Shown: piece after piece, positions 37,424 to 47,355 of the stretch
How positions within the stretch are numbered: position 1 is the first letter of the stretch
Layout: every line of letters begins with the position of its first letter
Source: an uncultured Parvibaculum sp.
GTDB lineage: Bacteria; Pseudomonadota; Alphaproteobacteria; Parvibaculales; Parvibaculaceae
Assembly: GCA_964518885.1 (NCBI GenBank)
Contig: CAZFHW010000001.1
Coordinates: forward strand, 685 to 64,684
Length of the DNA: 64,000 nucleotides
Direction of reading: 5' to 3'
Notes under the pieces: generated by a model
The model's database searches: none
What the model saw: the letters and a program-made list of their open reading frames with translations, nothing else
What the model was told of the DNA's origin: nothing
Position numbers and translations under genes: made by a program

Positions 37424-38542
37424 TTATCGATCGGCGGTTGGGAGAACGCTTGCCCAGCAGGCCCGAACATCCTCAATCGCATGGGTCGCGGTGCACCAGG
37501 CTTCCTCTGAGGGGAAGTGGGCGGCGGCGATACACTGATTGAGGTTGAGTTTTGCCCAGTTGAGGCAGCTTGTTGATCGTTGCGTCGGAGGGGCCAGATC
37601 ACCGGCTTGTATCTCTGTTTCCAAAGACGTTGCGATCAGGTGGCGAGCACCGTAGGCCAATACTCGCTCCATGAGAGGGGGGGCATAAGCGAGGGCTGGG
37701 CTGATCGGCGCAAGGGCTTCAAGAGCGGAAGCAACGTGTGTGGTGAGAGTGGTCTGGGCACCCAAATTCTCTACATTGGCAAAATCAACGGCCTGCTGTG
37801 AGGTTGGTTTCTCAATCATACCCCAGCGATTTCCCTGAAAAGTATGGGCTGCGGAGAGGAAATGGGCACGCAATTCACTCAGCCGGTCATTATCAAGCAC
37901 GATTTGTGACATGACGGCGGCAACGGCGGAATTCGCTCCTGGCAGGTTCCGCGCAAAACTTCCCCGCCCGGTAAGCTGCTCCATCACGGAAATCGGACCT
38001 TGCTGGGCAAGGGCGCGGCGAACACCATCTGCAAATGCGGGATCATTCGCCGCGATAAGGCCACGATGCGCGAGCCACCCTTGAGCGACTGACTGAGGCT
38101 CTGAGAAGCGCAGTTTGTCGAGGAGACGGCGAATTTCGCGCGGTGTCCTGAGTGAACTGCCAATAGCTTCTGTGACAGCACTTTGGAATTGTGTGTATTG
38201 CAGGGCAATTGCACCGACGCCGGTCAGAGCGATCTCCCCTGGTTGAACCGGGCGCGCCCGAGGCAGCGGTACTTGAGCAACGATTTCCAGAGCAGCGGCA
38301 GCCTCTGCAGCAGCGGGAGCCTCTGGAGCAGCGGGAGTCTGGGGAGTTGCGGTTGCTTGGGGAGCCGTGGTTTCGAGAGTGGGCGCTGCGGTACTGGCCT
38401 CTTCAGCCTTAAGGCTTGCCGCCCCCATAATAACGATGGCGGTGGCACCCACGAGGGCAGCCAAAATCCGTGGCGCTTCAGAACCATCCCAGTAGGTTCT
38501 CAAGTGTCTTGTGGTGGTTCCCGTACCACTCGTCCCAGCCAT
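37424..38542 (-). CDS. Exported hypothetical protein with Ala/Pro linker and C-terminal 4-Cys domain
   Basis: TM/signal segment, APEAPAAAEAAAA linker, CLNWAKLNLNQC...EEAWC..H..EDVRAC. Confidence 0.7.
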   Translation of the reverse strand: MAGTSGTGTTTRHLRTYWDGSEAPRILAALVGATAIVIMGAASLKAEEASTAAPTLETTAPQATATPQTPAAPEAPAAAEAAAALEIVAQVPLPRARPVQPGEIALTGVGAIALQYTQFQSAVTEAIGSSLRTPREIRRLLDKLRFSEPQSVAQGWLAHRGLIAANDPAFADGVRRALAQQGPISVMEQLTGRGSFARNLPGANSAVAAVMSQIVLDNDRLSELRAHFLSAAHTFQGNRWGMIEKPTSQQAVDFANVENLGAQTTLTTHVASALEALAPISPALAYAPPLMERVLAYGARHLIATSLETEIQAGDLAPPTQRSTSCLNWAKLNLNQCIAAAHFPSEEAWCTATHAIEDVRACWASVLPTADR

Positions 38543-38977
38543 TATTTTCACGCGATACTCCTCATCGAGGTTCGCCCCGTAAGGACGATATATTTGGTAC
38601 ATTTCAACTTCGTGCTCACAGGAGCATATTTCTCAAAATCTGATCCGATCAGCATATAGCAGCTCTGCCGCCCAGACGCTGATTTGTTAACTTCCTCAAT
38701 GGTCGAGGGATCGGAATAGTAGGAGTGGTTGGCCAGAGGCGCAATCGCCGCGTGGATTAAAAACCTGAGAGTTTTGAGGCTTTTGTGTGATTTTTTTGAG
38801 TCAAACAGCATTGGACCCGCGTAGAACAAGGCCGTAGGACCCTTTGCGCCGACCCGGCGAAAGGTTAAGGATAAAGTGAAACAGTCCCCAATCGGCTTCA
38901 AAAGACCTGGTGGCCGGCTTTCCCGAAACCAACGCCCCCGAAACCAAAATGACGCAAAAGCCGAGCAACAAGCAGAC

Positions 38978-39337
38978 ATGAACCTAAAATCTGAAATCTG
39001 GGTCAAGGCCCTTATCCGGCGCGCTGCGGTGGCCAATGCACCTGCAATGGTCGTGCGTCGCGGTCACAGCGATGCAGGCACGATTTATGTGAAAGTTGCC
39101 CGCCTGGATGGGACAGCTGAAGTCTACGGGCCGACGTATGGGAAGGAAGGGGAGCGCGTCTGGATGCGGGTCACAGGAGCCGATCCGGTGACCGATGCAG
39201 AGGCCGACGCCTATCTTGTGCGTCAGGAGAAATTCGATCCTGACTTCTGGGTCGTGGAAGTGGAAGACAAAGAGGGCAGACACTTTCTGACCGAGCCGGT
39301 CGTGCAGGATCTGCCCTCGATAGGGTCGCGGATATAG
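38978..39337 (+). CDS. DUF1491 family protein
   Basis: LKSEIWVKALIRR, VVRRGHSDAG.I.VKV, FDPDFWVVEVED..GRH. Confidence 0.88.
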   Translation: MNLKSEIWVKALIRRAAVANAPAMVVRRGHSDAGTIYVKVARLDGTAEVYGPTYGKEGERVWMRVTGADPVTDAEADAYLVRQEKFDPDFWVVEVEDKEGRHFLTEPVVQDLPSIGSRI

Positions 39338-39351
39338 TCTGGTTAGAAACC

Positions 39352-39570
39352 TCAGGGCCGCATAAACGTGTAATCCGTGTCCGGATCGAGATTCTCAGCC
39401 GTTGAGACGAGCTCGGAAGCTATGTCTTCAATACTGCGCGTCTGCTTGTAAATATGCAGGACTTTTTCGAGCATTACCCGGGCCACCGCGTCGGTGGCAA
39501 CGTTGGCAGCCTCAGCCTCAGATAAGGCCGCGTCCATGGCGCGTGTCGCGATTTCTCTTGCCGTCGTCAT
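39352..39570 (-). CDS. Small conserved hypothetical protein
   Basis: 72 aa, RBS AAGGAG; ends ENLDPDTDYTFMRP. Confidence 0.7.
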   Translation of the reverse strand: MTTAREIATRAMDAALSEAEAANVATDAVARVMLEKVLHIYKQTRSIEDIASELVSTAENLDPDTDYTFMRP

Positions 39571-39770
39571 ATCTGTCTCCTTCAGTATTCACCCGTCGAT
39601 CCGTTTAGGGACCGGGGTGACACCCTCTATTTCAATTTCAATGGCGCGAAACTCGCTCAGATTGGCCGATTGTGCAATGATACAAATCAACATTGGCGCG
39701 ACTCAGGTACGGGGCCGATGCTGAAGGCTCCTCAGGGGCCTGATTTCTGGATGCGGCAGAGGTGGCTCAT

Positions 39771-40148
39771 ATGGCCCTATTTCTTTATCGCGACCGATTG
39801 GTTGAGTTGTTGGATACGGTCGACCCCAAGGATCAAAGTGATTTTCCCCTCAGTGCCGAGCAATACGAAAAACTGACTCTCGATGACCTGATGGAACTGT
39901 TGACGGAGGGACTCTCAGAAAACCCCCATCTGGCAGAACAAGAACCTCGTTTTGTGCTGGCAATCTGCCACATGCTCTTCGATAAGGGACAAGTCAACGC
40001 GGTGCGCGTCATGGATGACGGAAGGGGCCCCATTCTCTCCTGCGCCCGCATTCCCTCCCAGTCGCTGGATGTCCTGGATGAATTGCGCATGCGAGGGGCT
40101 CTCAATCAGCAAACAGTCGATGAAGCCGTGTGGAACCCCCTTGCCTGA
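39771..40148 (+). CDS. Hypothetical protein
   Basis: Acidic ORF of about 125 aa filling the gap before prfC; no motif recognised. Confidence 0.55.
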   Translation: MALFLYRDRLVELLDTVDPKDQSDFPLSAEQYEKLTLDDLMELLTEGLSENPHLAEQEPRFVLAICHMLFDKGQVNAVRVMDDGRGPILSCARIPSQSLDVLDELRMRGALNQQTVDEAVWNPLA

Positions 40149-40276
40149 TTGAAGGCACGGCCCGCTGGTGTCCGGGCCTTAGCTGGGATAGTGTCCGCCG
40201 CGCCTGAGGGACCCTTGGATATTTCCCGTGAAATGATCCACCTCAGGAAATGCCAATCCTATTCAGGAGAGTTAAT

Positions 40277-41887
40277 GTGAGCGCGACCGGAGCAGGCTAT
40301 GTCGAGCCGACAAATGAACAAGTGAAACGGCGCCGGACGTTTGCAATCATCTCACACCCGGATGCCGGTAAAACCACGCTGACAGAAAACCTGTTGCTGC
40401 GCGGCGGTGCCATCCACCTGGCGGGGCAAGTGAAAGCCAGGGGCGACCGCCGCCGGGCGCGCTCAGACTGGATGAAGATCGAGCAGGAACGGGGCATCTC
40501 GGTAACCTCCGCGGTTATGACCTTTGAGTACAAAGGCATGATCTGCAATCTGCTGGACACGCCGGGCCATGAAGATTTTTCTGAAGACACCTACCGCACT
40601 CTGACAGCGGCCGACAGCGCCATCATGGTGCTGGATGCGGCAAAAGGCATTGAAGCCCAAACCCTCAAACTGTTCGAAGTCTGTCGCCTGCGCGACATCC
40701 CCATCATCACCTTCATCAACAAGGTGGACCGGGAGGGGTTGGACCCTTTTGACCTGATGCAGGAAGTGGCGGACCGGCTGGCACTGGACACCGCCCCAAT
40801 GACCTGGCCCATTGGACAGGGCAACCGGCTGCGCGGGCTGTACGACCTGAACAAAAATACTTTCGCGGCCTATCAACAAGGCGGAAGAGCGGAGCCAACC
40901 GGTCTTAGTCTTGAGGATGAGGGGATCACCAAATATGTGCCCGAAAACGAGCTGGAGGCCGCACGCGAAGAAGTTGACTTGGCCCAAGGGGCGTGCACGC
41001 CGTTTGATCTTGATCTCTATCATGCAGGGGCCTTGACACCGGTCTATTTTGGCAGTGCGCTGAGGCACCTGGGTGTCGATGAATTGCTGGACGCGGTGGC
41101 CGCGTTCGCACCGCCGCCGCAGCCACAAGCATCGACCGTCCGTGTGGTAAGCCCCGACGATCCGAAGGTCTCTGGTTTTGTTTTCAAAGTGCAGGCCAAC
41201 ATGGATCAAAACCACCGGGACCGTATCGCTTTCATGCGGCTGTGTTCTGGACAGTTCAAACGCGGCATGAAACTGAAACTCTCCAGCTCTGGGAAAATGA
41301 TTGGTGTCCACAACCCGATCCTGTTTTTTGCCCAGGACAGAGAACTGGTGGACGAAGCCTGGCCCGGTGACATTATCGGTATTCCCAATCACGGAACCAT
41401 CCGGGTGGGGGACAGCCTGACCGAGGGAGAAGATTTGGTTTTCACGGGCATTCCCAATTTTGCACCGGAAATGCTGCGCCGTGTGCGCCTTGACGATCCC
41501 ATGAAAGCAAAGCACCTGCGTCGCGCCCTGGAGAGCCTAGCGGAAGAAGGTGTTACCCAGGTATTCAAACCACAACTTGGCGCCAATTGGATTGTGGGGG
41601 TGGTCGGCCAGTTGCAGCTTGAAGTGTTGACCCAGCGCATTGAGACTGAGTACAGCATCAAAGTGGCGTTTGAGCAGGCCCCCTTTGAGACAGCGCGGTG
41701 GGTGGAGGCGGAGGATGCCGGTGAGCTGAAAAAATTCGTCGACAGCAACCAGGCAAGCATGGCCGAAGACCGGGACGGGGCGCCGGTCTATCTGGCAAAA
41801 AGCGCCTGGGAGGTTGGCTACACAGAAGAGAAGTGGCCGAAGGTGCGTTTCTCAGCAATACGAGAGCGCGCCGCCGCACATGCATAG
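40277..41887 (+). CDS. prfC: Peptide chain release factor 3
   Basis: RRRTFAIISHPDAGKTTLTE, SDWMKIEQERGISV, LLDTPGHEDFSEDTYR, GVVGQLQLEV; GTG 40277 after AGGAG. Confidence 0.97.
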   Translation: MSATGAGYVEPTNEQVKRRRTFAIISHPDAGKTTLTENLLLRGGAIHLAGQVKARGDRRRARSDWMKIEQERGISVTSAVMTFEYKGMICNLLDTPGHEDFSEDTYRTLTAADSAIMVLDAAKGIEAQTLKLFEVCRLRDIPIITFINKVDREGLDPFDLMQEVADRLALDTAPMTWPIGQGNRLRGLYDLNKNTFAAYQQGGRAEPTGLSLEDEGITKYVPENELEAAREEVDLAQGACTPFDLDLYHAGALTPVYFGSALRHLGVDELLDAVAAFAPPPQPQASTVRVVSPDDPKVSGFVFKVQANMDQNHRDRIAFMRLCSGQFKRGMKLKLSSSGKMIGVHNPILFFAQDRELVDEAWPGDIIGIPNHGTIRVGDSLTEGEDLVFTGIPNFAPEMLRRVRLDDPMKAKHLRRALESLAEEGVTQVFKPQLGANWIVGVVGQLQLEVLTQRIETEYSIKVAFEQAPFETARWVEAEDAGELKKFVDSNQASMAEDRDGAPVYLAKSAWEVGYTEEKWPKVRFSAIRERAAAHA

Positions 41888-41957
41888 CGGGCCGAAAAGA
41901 GCGTAGCGGACTGGATCAGTCGGAAGAAACATCATAAGCAGCGGAGCAGACGGAGCG

Positions 41958-43100
41958 ATGGAAAAGATCGAGGAACTTTGGCAACTCGTTGTGGGTGTCT
42001 GGCAGACCGGGGCGTTGGGATATGACATTGGCCATTTTCTCACCGCGCTGGTCATATTCTTCGGCTTCTATCTGCTGCGGGGCCTGTTTACACGGTTCAT
42101 TTTTTCTTTTGTTGATCGTTGGGTCGCCGACACGGAAACCAAAGTTGACGACTACCTGCATGAAACACTGTCCGATCCGTTGCGGACAACCTTCATCATT
42201 GTTGGTGTGTTTTTTGCGCTCGATTATCTGGCGCTGGAAGGCACCGCCGCAGATCTCGCCCGCAATCTCGTTCAGTCGCTTATCGCCTTTACAATTTTCT
42301 GGGCGCTCCACAATGCCGTCAAACCACTCAGCCTGTTGCTCCGCGAGTTGGAGCGACTGCTGACCCATGAGATGGTGGACTGGCTGGTGACCGGCGCGCG
42401 CTGGGCCGTGATTCTTGTGGGGGCGGCGACGATCTTGCAAATCTGGGGTATTCAGGTTGCCCCTATTATTGCGGGACTTGGGCTTTTTGGTGTGGCGGTT
42501 GCGCTGGGTGCGCAAGACCTGTTCAAAAACCTGATCGCCGGCCTCTCCATCCTGATCGAAAAGCGCTACCGCAAGGGCGACTGGATTTTGGTCGATGGCG
42601 TGGTGGAAGGCACTGTGGAATCGATTGGGTTCAGGTCAACAACGGTGCGGCGTTTCGATAAGGCGCCGGTCTATGTCCCCAACCAAAAACTCGCCGACGC
42701 CGCCGTCACCAATTTCACCAAAATGACCCATCGGCGCATCTATTGGAAAATCGGACTTGAATATCGCAGCACGCTGGGTCAGTTGCGTGAAGTGCGCGAC
42801 AACATCGAGGCTTATGTGATGGCGTCGGAGGAATTTGTCAATCCACCCGAAGTGCCGCTCTTTGTGCGCATTGATGCGTTCAACGACAGTTCCATCGACA
42901 TCATGATCTATTGCTTCACGCGGACAACCAATTGGGGAGAGTGGCTGGAGATCAAGGAACGCCTCGCCTATGCGATCAAGGAAATTGTTGAAACATCGGG
43001 AACAAGCTTTGCGTTCCCAAGCCAGTCGATTTATGTGGAGGCGATACCGGAGATGATCGCGGCACAGGGGCCAGCGCCGGAGAGTGCAGGTTCCAATTGA
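41958..43100 (+). CDS. mscS: Small-conductance mechanosensitive channel
   Basis: GLGLFGVAVALGAQD..KNLIAG, GTVESIGFRST, VYVPN, FAFPSQS. Confidence 0.92.
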   Translation: MEKIEELWQLVVGVWQTGALGYDIGHFLTALVIFFGFYLLRGLFTRFIFSFVDRWVADTETKVDDYLHETLSDPLRTTFIIVGVFFALDYLALEGTAADLARNLVQSLIAFTIFWALHNAVKPLSLLLRELERLLTHEMVDWLVTGARWAVILVGAATILQIWGIQVAPIIAGLGLFGVAVALGAQDLFKNLIAGLSILIEKRYRKGDWILVDGVVEGTVESIGFRSTTVRRFDKAPVYVPNQKLADAAVTNFTKMTHRRIYWKIGLEYRSTLGQLREVRDNIEAYVMASEEFVNPPEVPLFVRIDAFNDSSIDIMIYCFTRTTNWGEWLEIKERLAYAIKEIVETSGTSFAFPSQSIYVEAIPEMIAAQGPAPESAGSN

Positions 43101-43101
43101 G

Positions 43102-43725
43102 ATGAGCGATGTGCCGGACGATATTGCCAATGGATTTACGCCTTACAATGATGAGGCTCCGCTGCTTCGAAAAAGATACGCCGTTACACCCTTTGAAGAA
43201 CGCCATGCGCTCTTTCGAAATTACTATCCAAAAATGCCGTCAAACATTCTTGATGTCGGGGCCGGGACGGGTGTGGACGCAAAAGGATTTGCGGATCTGG
43301 GGCACAATGTTGTTGCCGTTGAGCCTGCAGATGAAATGCGCGCCCTTGCTGTCACCGACAATGATCACGTGAACATCACCTGGATCAATGATTATCTGCC
43401 CACACTTGAAAATGTGCAGGCGTTGGGCATGACGTTCAGCTTCATACTTGCAAGCGCTTCCTTTATGCACCTAAGACCCGAGCGACAGCGGCGAGGCTTT
43501 GAGAGGTTGAGCGAGCTTTTATCCCAGGGCGGGTATCTCGCCATGTCGTTGCGCCATGGGCCGGTGCCCGAAGGCCGGATAATGTTTGATATTTCACGAG
43601 AAGCCGCGGAAGAACTTGGTGTACATGCCGGGCTGGATTTGGTGGAACACACGGAGGGTCAGGGACGAAAAAACGTTCCTGGTGTTACCTGGTCAAACCT
43701 GGTGTTTGTCAAAGACGCTGATTAG
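43102..43725 (+). CDS. Class I SAM-dependent methyltransferase
   Basis: ILDVGAGTG.DA, VAVEP, DYLP.L, SLRHGP. Confidence 0.85.
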   Translation: MSDVPDDIANGFTPYNDEAPLLRKRYAVTPFEERHALFRNYYPKMPSNILDVGAGTGVDAKGFADLGHNVVAVEPADEMRALAVTDNDHVNITWINDYLPTLENVQALGMTFSFILASASFMHLRPERQRRGFERLSELLSQGGYLAMSLRHGPVPEGRIMFDISREAAEELGVHAGLDLVEHTEGQGRKNVPGVTWSNLVFVKDAD

Positions 43726-44819
43726 GCCGCCGCTTGTATCGACTGGCAGCGAACGCGCCAGAAGCGCATGGCACGCAGCGCCACGTCGGGTGGCATTTGC
43801 TCGTATAGATCGAGAAGTTCACGGGTAGAGTCCAGACCTCGTCTCTTCTCGGAAGGAGCGAGGAGAGCGAGCGTCGAGAAAGTGGACCGATCAAACCGCG
43901 TTGCCTTGCACGCAATGGCGAGGGCTTCGCCACTTGGGTCATGGAGAATGCGCTCTGCGGTGGCCGCATCAACTTTGACCAGATGCGCAAAGCCGCAGGC
44001 CAGTTCTTCAAGCCGATTGGCACGGACAAGGTCGACGAGAAGGGCCTCGGACAATTCTCGTGTTGCAGCTTTGCGGTCAATAAATTCCTGGGCCTTGCTA
44101 CGTTTCCCTTTATCTCCGCCCTTGGTTTTCAGAACCTTTCGTTCCATCTGTACAAGCACCTTGTCGACGACTTCCGGGTCAAGCTCCGCCGAGCGCTCCA
44201 GAATGCGGGTGCGCAGTTTTCCAGACACCGCCCAGTACATCTCGTGCATGACATCTGCAGGCAGATCTTCCCGACCGATCAAAGGCGCTTGCAGGTCTTC
44301 ATTGTCTGTTGCTCGGAAGGCCACCTTTTCGATGGTTTTGGGAGAAATGCAGGCCTCTTTGTTACCCATAAGGACGCCAACGACTTTGTCATTGCCGTGA
44401 TCTACCAGCGCATCGGAAATGGTTTCGTCAACGTCCGGGCGGGTGGCAACCACCGCTCTGTGAGCATTTCCACATCGTTCGATGATGTCCAGCAGGTCTT
44501 CCTGGGTCAGGGCGGAGCTGTTTTCCAGAATGGGCGCCGCGACGCTGACTTCGTCGTCATGAGCCAGTTGAACGACAAGCTCGCGCGGTGCTTCCGCAAT
44601 TGTCGCCAGTCGGCGCGCAAGTTCCATGCGCACTTCAGTTTCCATCGACCGGGCGACGGTTCCCAGGATCTCAGAAAAATGACGGCGTTCCTCTTCGCTA
44701 TAGTCGGCGGGTCTCTCAAGGAAAAGATTGGTCACACTGCGCAGCAGCTCACGTCGTCGGTCGCTCGACGGTTCTTTAGCGAGATCAATAAGGTCTCGCA
44801 AATGGGTGAAGTTACTCAT
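43722..44819 (-). CDS. DUF2336 domain protein
   Basis: LAKEPSSDRRRELLR..T.LF, LAHDDEVSVAAPILENS..L...DL, A.RPDV...ISDALV. Confidence 0.85.
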   Translation of the reverse strand: MSNFTHLRDLIDLAKEPSSDRRRELLRSVTNLFLERPADYSEEERRHFSEILGTVARSMETEVRMELARRLATIAEAPRELVVQLAHDDEVSVAAPILENSSALTQEDLLDIIERCGNAHRAVVATRPDVDETISDALVDHGNDKVVGVLMGNKEACISPKTIEKVAFRATDNEDLQAPLIGREDLPADVMHEMYWAVSGKLRTRILERSAELDPEVVDKVLVQMERKVLKTKGGDKGKRSKAQEFIDRKAATRELSEALLVDLVRANRLEELACGFAHLVKVDAATAERILHDPSGEALAIACKATRFDRSTFSTLALLAPSEKRRGLDSTRELLDLYEQMPPDVALRAMRFWRVRCQSIQAAA

Positions 44820-44977
44820 TCCCAACCCTTGCCTTCCCAAAACTCTATTGAAGACAATTTGCAGGACGGCTCTTAACAAGCGGTAGGACGGGGAGGATGT
44901 AATTTTGTGAAACTTGTAGTTTTCTCTCACATCCTTCTGCAAACAGGAATTTTTGAGGCAATTGCGCCGTTTATTCG

Positions 44978-44993
44978 GTTAACGCTTTATTCA
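44978..44993 (-). promoter_or_regulatory. CtrA-like box (minus strand TGAA-N7-TTAAC)
   Basis: Plus strand GTTAA-CGCTTTA-TTCA, between the divergent DUF2336 and small-protein genes. Confidence 0.5.
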
Positions 44994-45071
44994 CCGTGTT
45001 TGGCGGAGACTTAAGCTGATTTCCGCGAGTGCATCGTGCCTCATCGGGAACACCCCAACCCACGGGAGGCG

Positions 45072-45257
45072 ATGATGGCCAATATCATCGAGTTCAAGCC
45101 GAGGGAGACCAAAGGGAAACGTCGCACTTACAAAAAGGCGGCTGATGTCATTCCCATGCCTGCGGGCAAAACATCCCAGAGCGTAAAAGAGAAGCCTAAG
45201 AAGGTACCGTCTCTGTCTGACGTGTTAGATCTCACCTGGCCGCGCGCGACAGATTGA
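45072..45257 (+). CDS. Small basic hypothetical protein (61 aa)
   Basis: RBS GGAGG 2-5 nt before ATGATG; NIIEFKPR and DVIPMP motifs. Confidence 0.6.
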   Translation: MMANIIEFKPRETKGKRRTYKKAADVIPMPAGKTSQSVKEKPKKVPSLSDVLDLTWPRATD

Positions 45258-45406
45258 CGATCAATCGGTCCGCGCGAAATACGAGCCGATGCCTATAGAA
45301 TAGTCGCTCTCCCCTCGCACAGAAGGGACGCGGGTTTGGCGTCGCTTTCAGCCTGACATTTTGCTAACAAGGGACAGCTTTCGCATCTGACCCGAGACTC
45401 TTGGTA

Positions 45407-46711
45407 ATGCCTATTGTTGAACACCCCTCAGTACCCAAAAAAATAGTCGTCATTGGGGCTGGTGTGATCGGCGTGACAACGGCCTATCAGCTTGCGCGTG
45501 AGGGACACCGGGTGCAGGTGGTTGAGCAGGGCGACGGGCCAGGCCTGGAAACAAGTTTCGCAAACGGGGGGCAGTTGAGCGCTGGCGAAGTTGCGCCGTG
45601 GGCCGGGCCCGGGGTGCCGCTGCAAGCCCTGAAATGGTTGGGGCGTGCGGATGCACCGCTGCGGCTTCGACTGAGGTGGGACCCCAATCAATGGCTGTGG
45701 CTGTGGCGTTTCTGGCGCAGATGCACGGCAAAAGCGCAACGCGACGGCGCGAGCCGCAATGTTGGCTTGGCGCTGCTGAGCCGGGAAATTATGACAAAAA
45801 CTCTGGCGGATTTGGAAGCAGGGGGCACTCCTCTGGATTTCGATCGCCGGGAAAAGGGCATCCTGCGAATTTTTGCGACCGAGGACGAGGCGGACTATGC
45901 CGCGCGGGAAGCAGAGCATCTGGAAAGCTATGGACTTGATCAAAAACGATTGAGCGCGGCGGAGTGCGTGGCTTTGGAGCCCGCTCTCGCCTCAGCCCAC
46001 CAGCGCGGTGAAGTGGCAGGTGGTGTGTACTCAGCCGACGACACCAGCGGCGATGCTTACAAATTTACTTCCGGGCTCGCGACCGCAGCAGAAGGGCTCG
46101 GCGTCTCATTCTTCTATGGAGAGACGGTTCGGGGCCTGGAACGTCTGGGCTCGCGCATTACCCATGTGCGCACAGATACCCGCAGGCTCGAAGCCGACCT
46201 TGTTGTCATGGCCGCAGGTGTGATGAGCCCGGAGCTGATGGCCAATATGGGCGGCAGGCTTCCGGTCTACCCGGTCAAAGGGTATTCGGTGACCTTGCCG
46301 GTTCCTGACGATGGCTCGGCGCCTACCGTCAGTGTGACCGATGAGGCCCGGCGTATTGTTATCAGCAGACTAGGCAATCGGCTGCGCGCAGCAGGACAGG
46401 CCGAAGTGGCGGGTTATGACCGCACTCTGGAACGAGATCGTGCACAATCTGTCCTGACCGCCCTGCAGGCTCTTTTCCCCGCTTTAGGAGAGGATGTGGA
46501 GCCGGAGTTCTGGTGTGGTCTGCGACCCATGACACCCGACGGTTGCCCGGTTCTGGGGCCGGTGCCCGGGTGCGACAATCTTCTCCTTAATACCGGGCAC
46601 GGCACGCTGGGCTGGACCCAGGCGCTGGGCTCGGCGGTTCTTATTGCGGACATGGTTGCCGGGCGTGATCCGAAAGTGGATCCGACCTTCTTCTCCATCG
46701 ACCGCTTCTGA
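45407..46711 (+). CDS. dadA: D-amino acid dehydrogenase (FAD-dependent)
   Basis: VIGAGVIG, ETSFANGGQLS, YPVKGYS, WCGLRPMTPD, NTGHGTLGWT. Confidence 0.88.
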   Translation: MPIVEHPSVPKKIVVIGAGVIGVTTAYQLAREGHRVQVVEQGDGPGLETSFANGGQLSAGEVAPWAGPGVPLQALKWLGRADAPLRLRLRWDPNQWLWLWRFWRRCTAKAQRDGASRNVGLALLSREIMTKTLADLEAGGTPLDFDRREKGILRIFATEDEADYAAREAEHLESYGLDQKRLSAAECVALEPALASAHQRGEVAGGVYSADDTSGDAYKFTSGLATAAEGLGVSFFYGETVRGLERLGSRITHVRTDTRRLEADLVVMAAGVMSPELMANMGGRLPVYPVKGYSVTLPVPDDGSAPTVSVTDEARRIVISRLGNRLRAAGQAEVAGYDRTLERDRAQSVLTALQALFPALGEDVEPEFWCGLRPMTPDGCPVLGPVPGCDNLLLNTGHGTLGWTQALGSAVLIADMVAGRDPKVDPTFFSIDRF

Positions 46712-46724
46712 ACGGGTAGGGCAA

Positions 46725-47243
46725 TTACGTCGTAATGCGTCGTCGCACCTGCGATACGGCAAATGCGGAGAGAAGCACGCCGCCCGCGAACAGTGCGACA
46801 CCACCGTGAATGTCCGCACTGGTCAGCAATTGACCATTCAGCACCAGCACGATGAGTGCGAAGACAAAGACATCCGTCAGCGACCATTTGGATAGCCAGA
46901 CCAGCGCCCCCAGGAGGAGCCCGATGCGTCGGTGTCCCCGTTTCCCATTTGGCAGAGGTTTGCGTACCAGCAGCGCCAGCCCCAGAAGTATTTTGAGAAC
47001 GGGGAAAACCACCGACACGGTAAGAACCAGAATACCCAAAGCCGTCTGTCCTTCGTCAAAAAAGGACTGAATGCCATCAATGATGGAAAGGTCACGCTCG
47101 TAGAGCCAGAACGAGCTGATCGTCACGGCTGGGAGCTGCAGCCCCGCCACAACCATCACCAGTGATACGAGCAATAGGACCATCAAGGGACGTCGGCCTT
47201 TAATGGGGGGAGACGGGGGATCAGCGTTCAAAGGAAGAACCAT
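46725..47243 (-). CDS. Paraquat-inducible protein A (PqiA) single-domain protein
   Basis: SIIDGIQ.F...G...L.ILV...SVVFPVLK, LSKWS..DVFV.AL. Confidence 0.8.
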   Translation of the reverse strand: MVLPLNADPPSPPIKGRRPLMVLLLVSLVMVVAGLQLPAVTISSFWLYERDLSIIDGIQSFFDEGQTALGILVLTVSVVFPVLKILLGLALLVRKPLPNGKRGHRRIGLLLGALVWLSKWSLTDVFVFALIVLVLNGQLLTSADIHGGVALFAGGVLLSAFAVSQVRRRITT

Positions 47244-47355
47244 AGGTTAGCGGATGCACCCGCAGTTTTTCGAGGAAATCAGCGCATTAACAAGCGCATA
47301 AGGATTAAACCCTAAGCTTATGGCGAAACTGTGCCGCAGATATAAAGGCCTCGCC

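Noticed and set aside
38290-38343. Three 18-bp tandem repeats
   Set aside because: Simply encode an Ala/Pro/Glu linker inside a CDS
45258-45406. Glycine riboswitch upstream of dadA
   Set aside because: Characteristic GGAGA/CCGAAG/CTCTCAGG elements not seen
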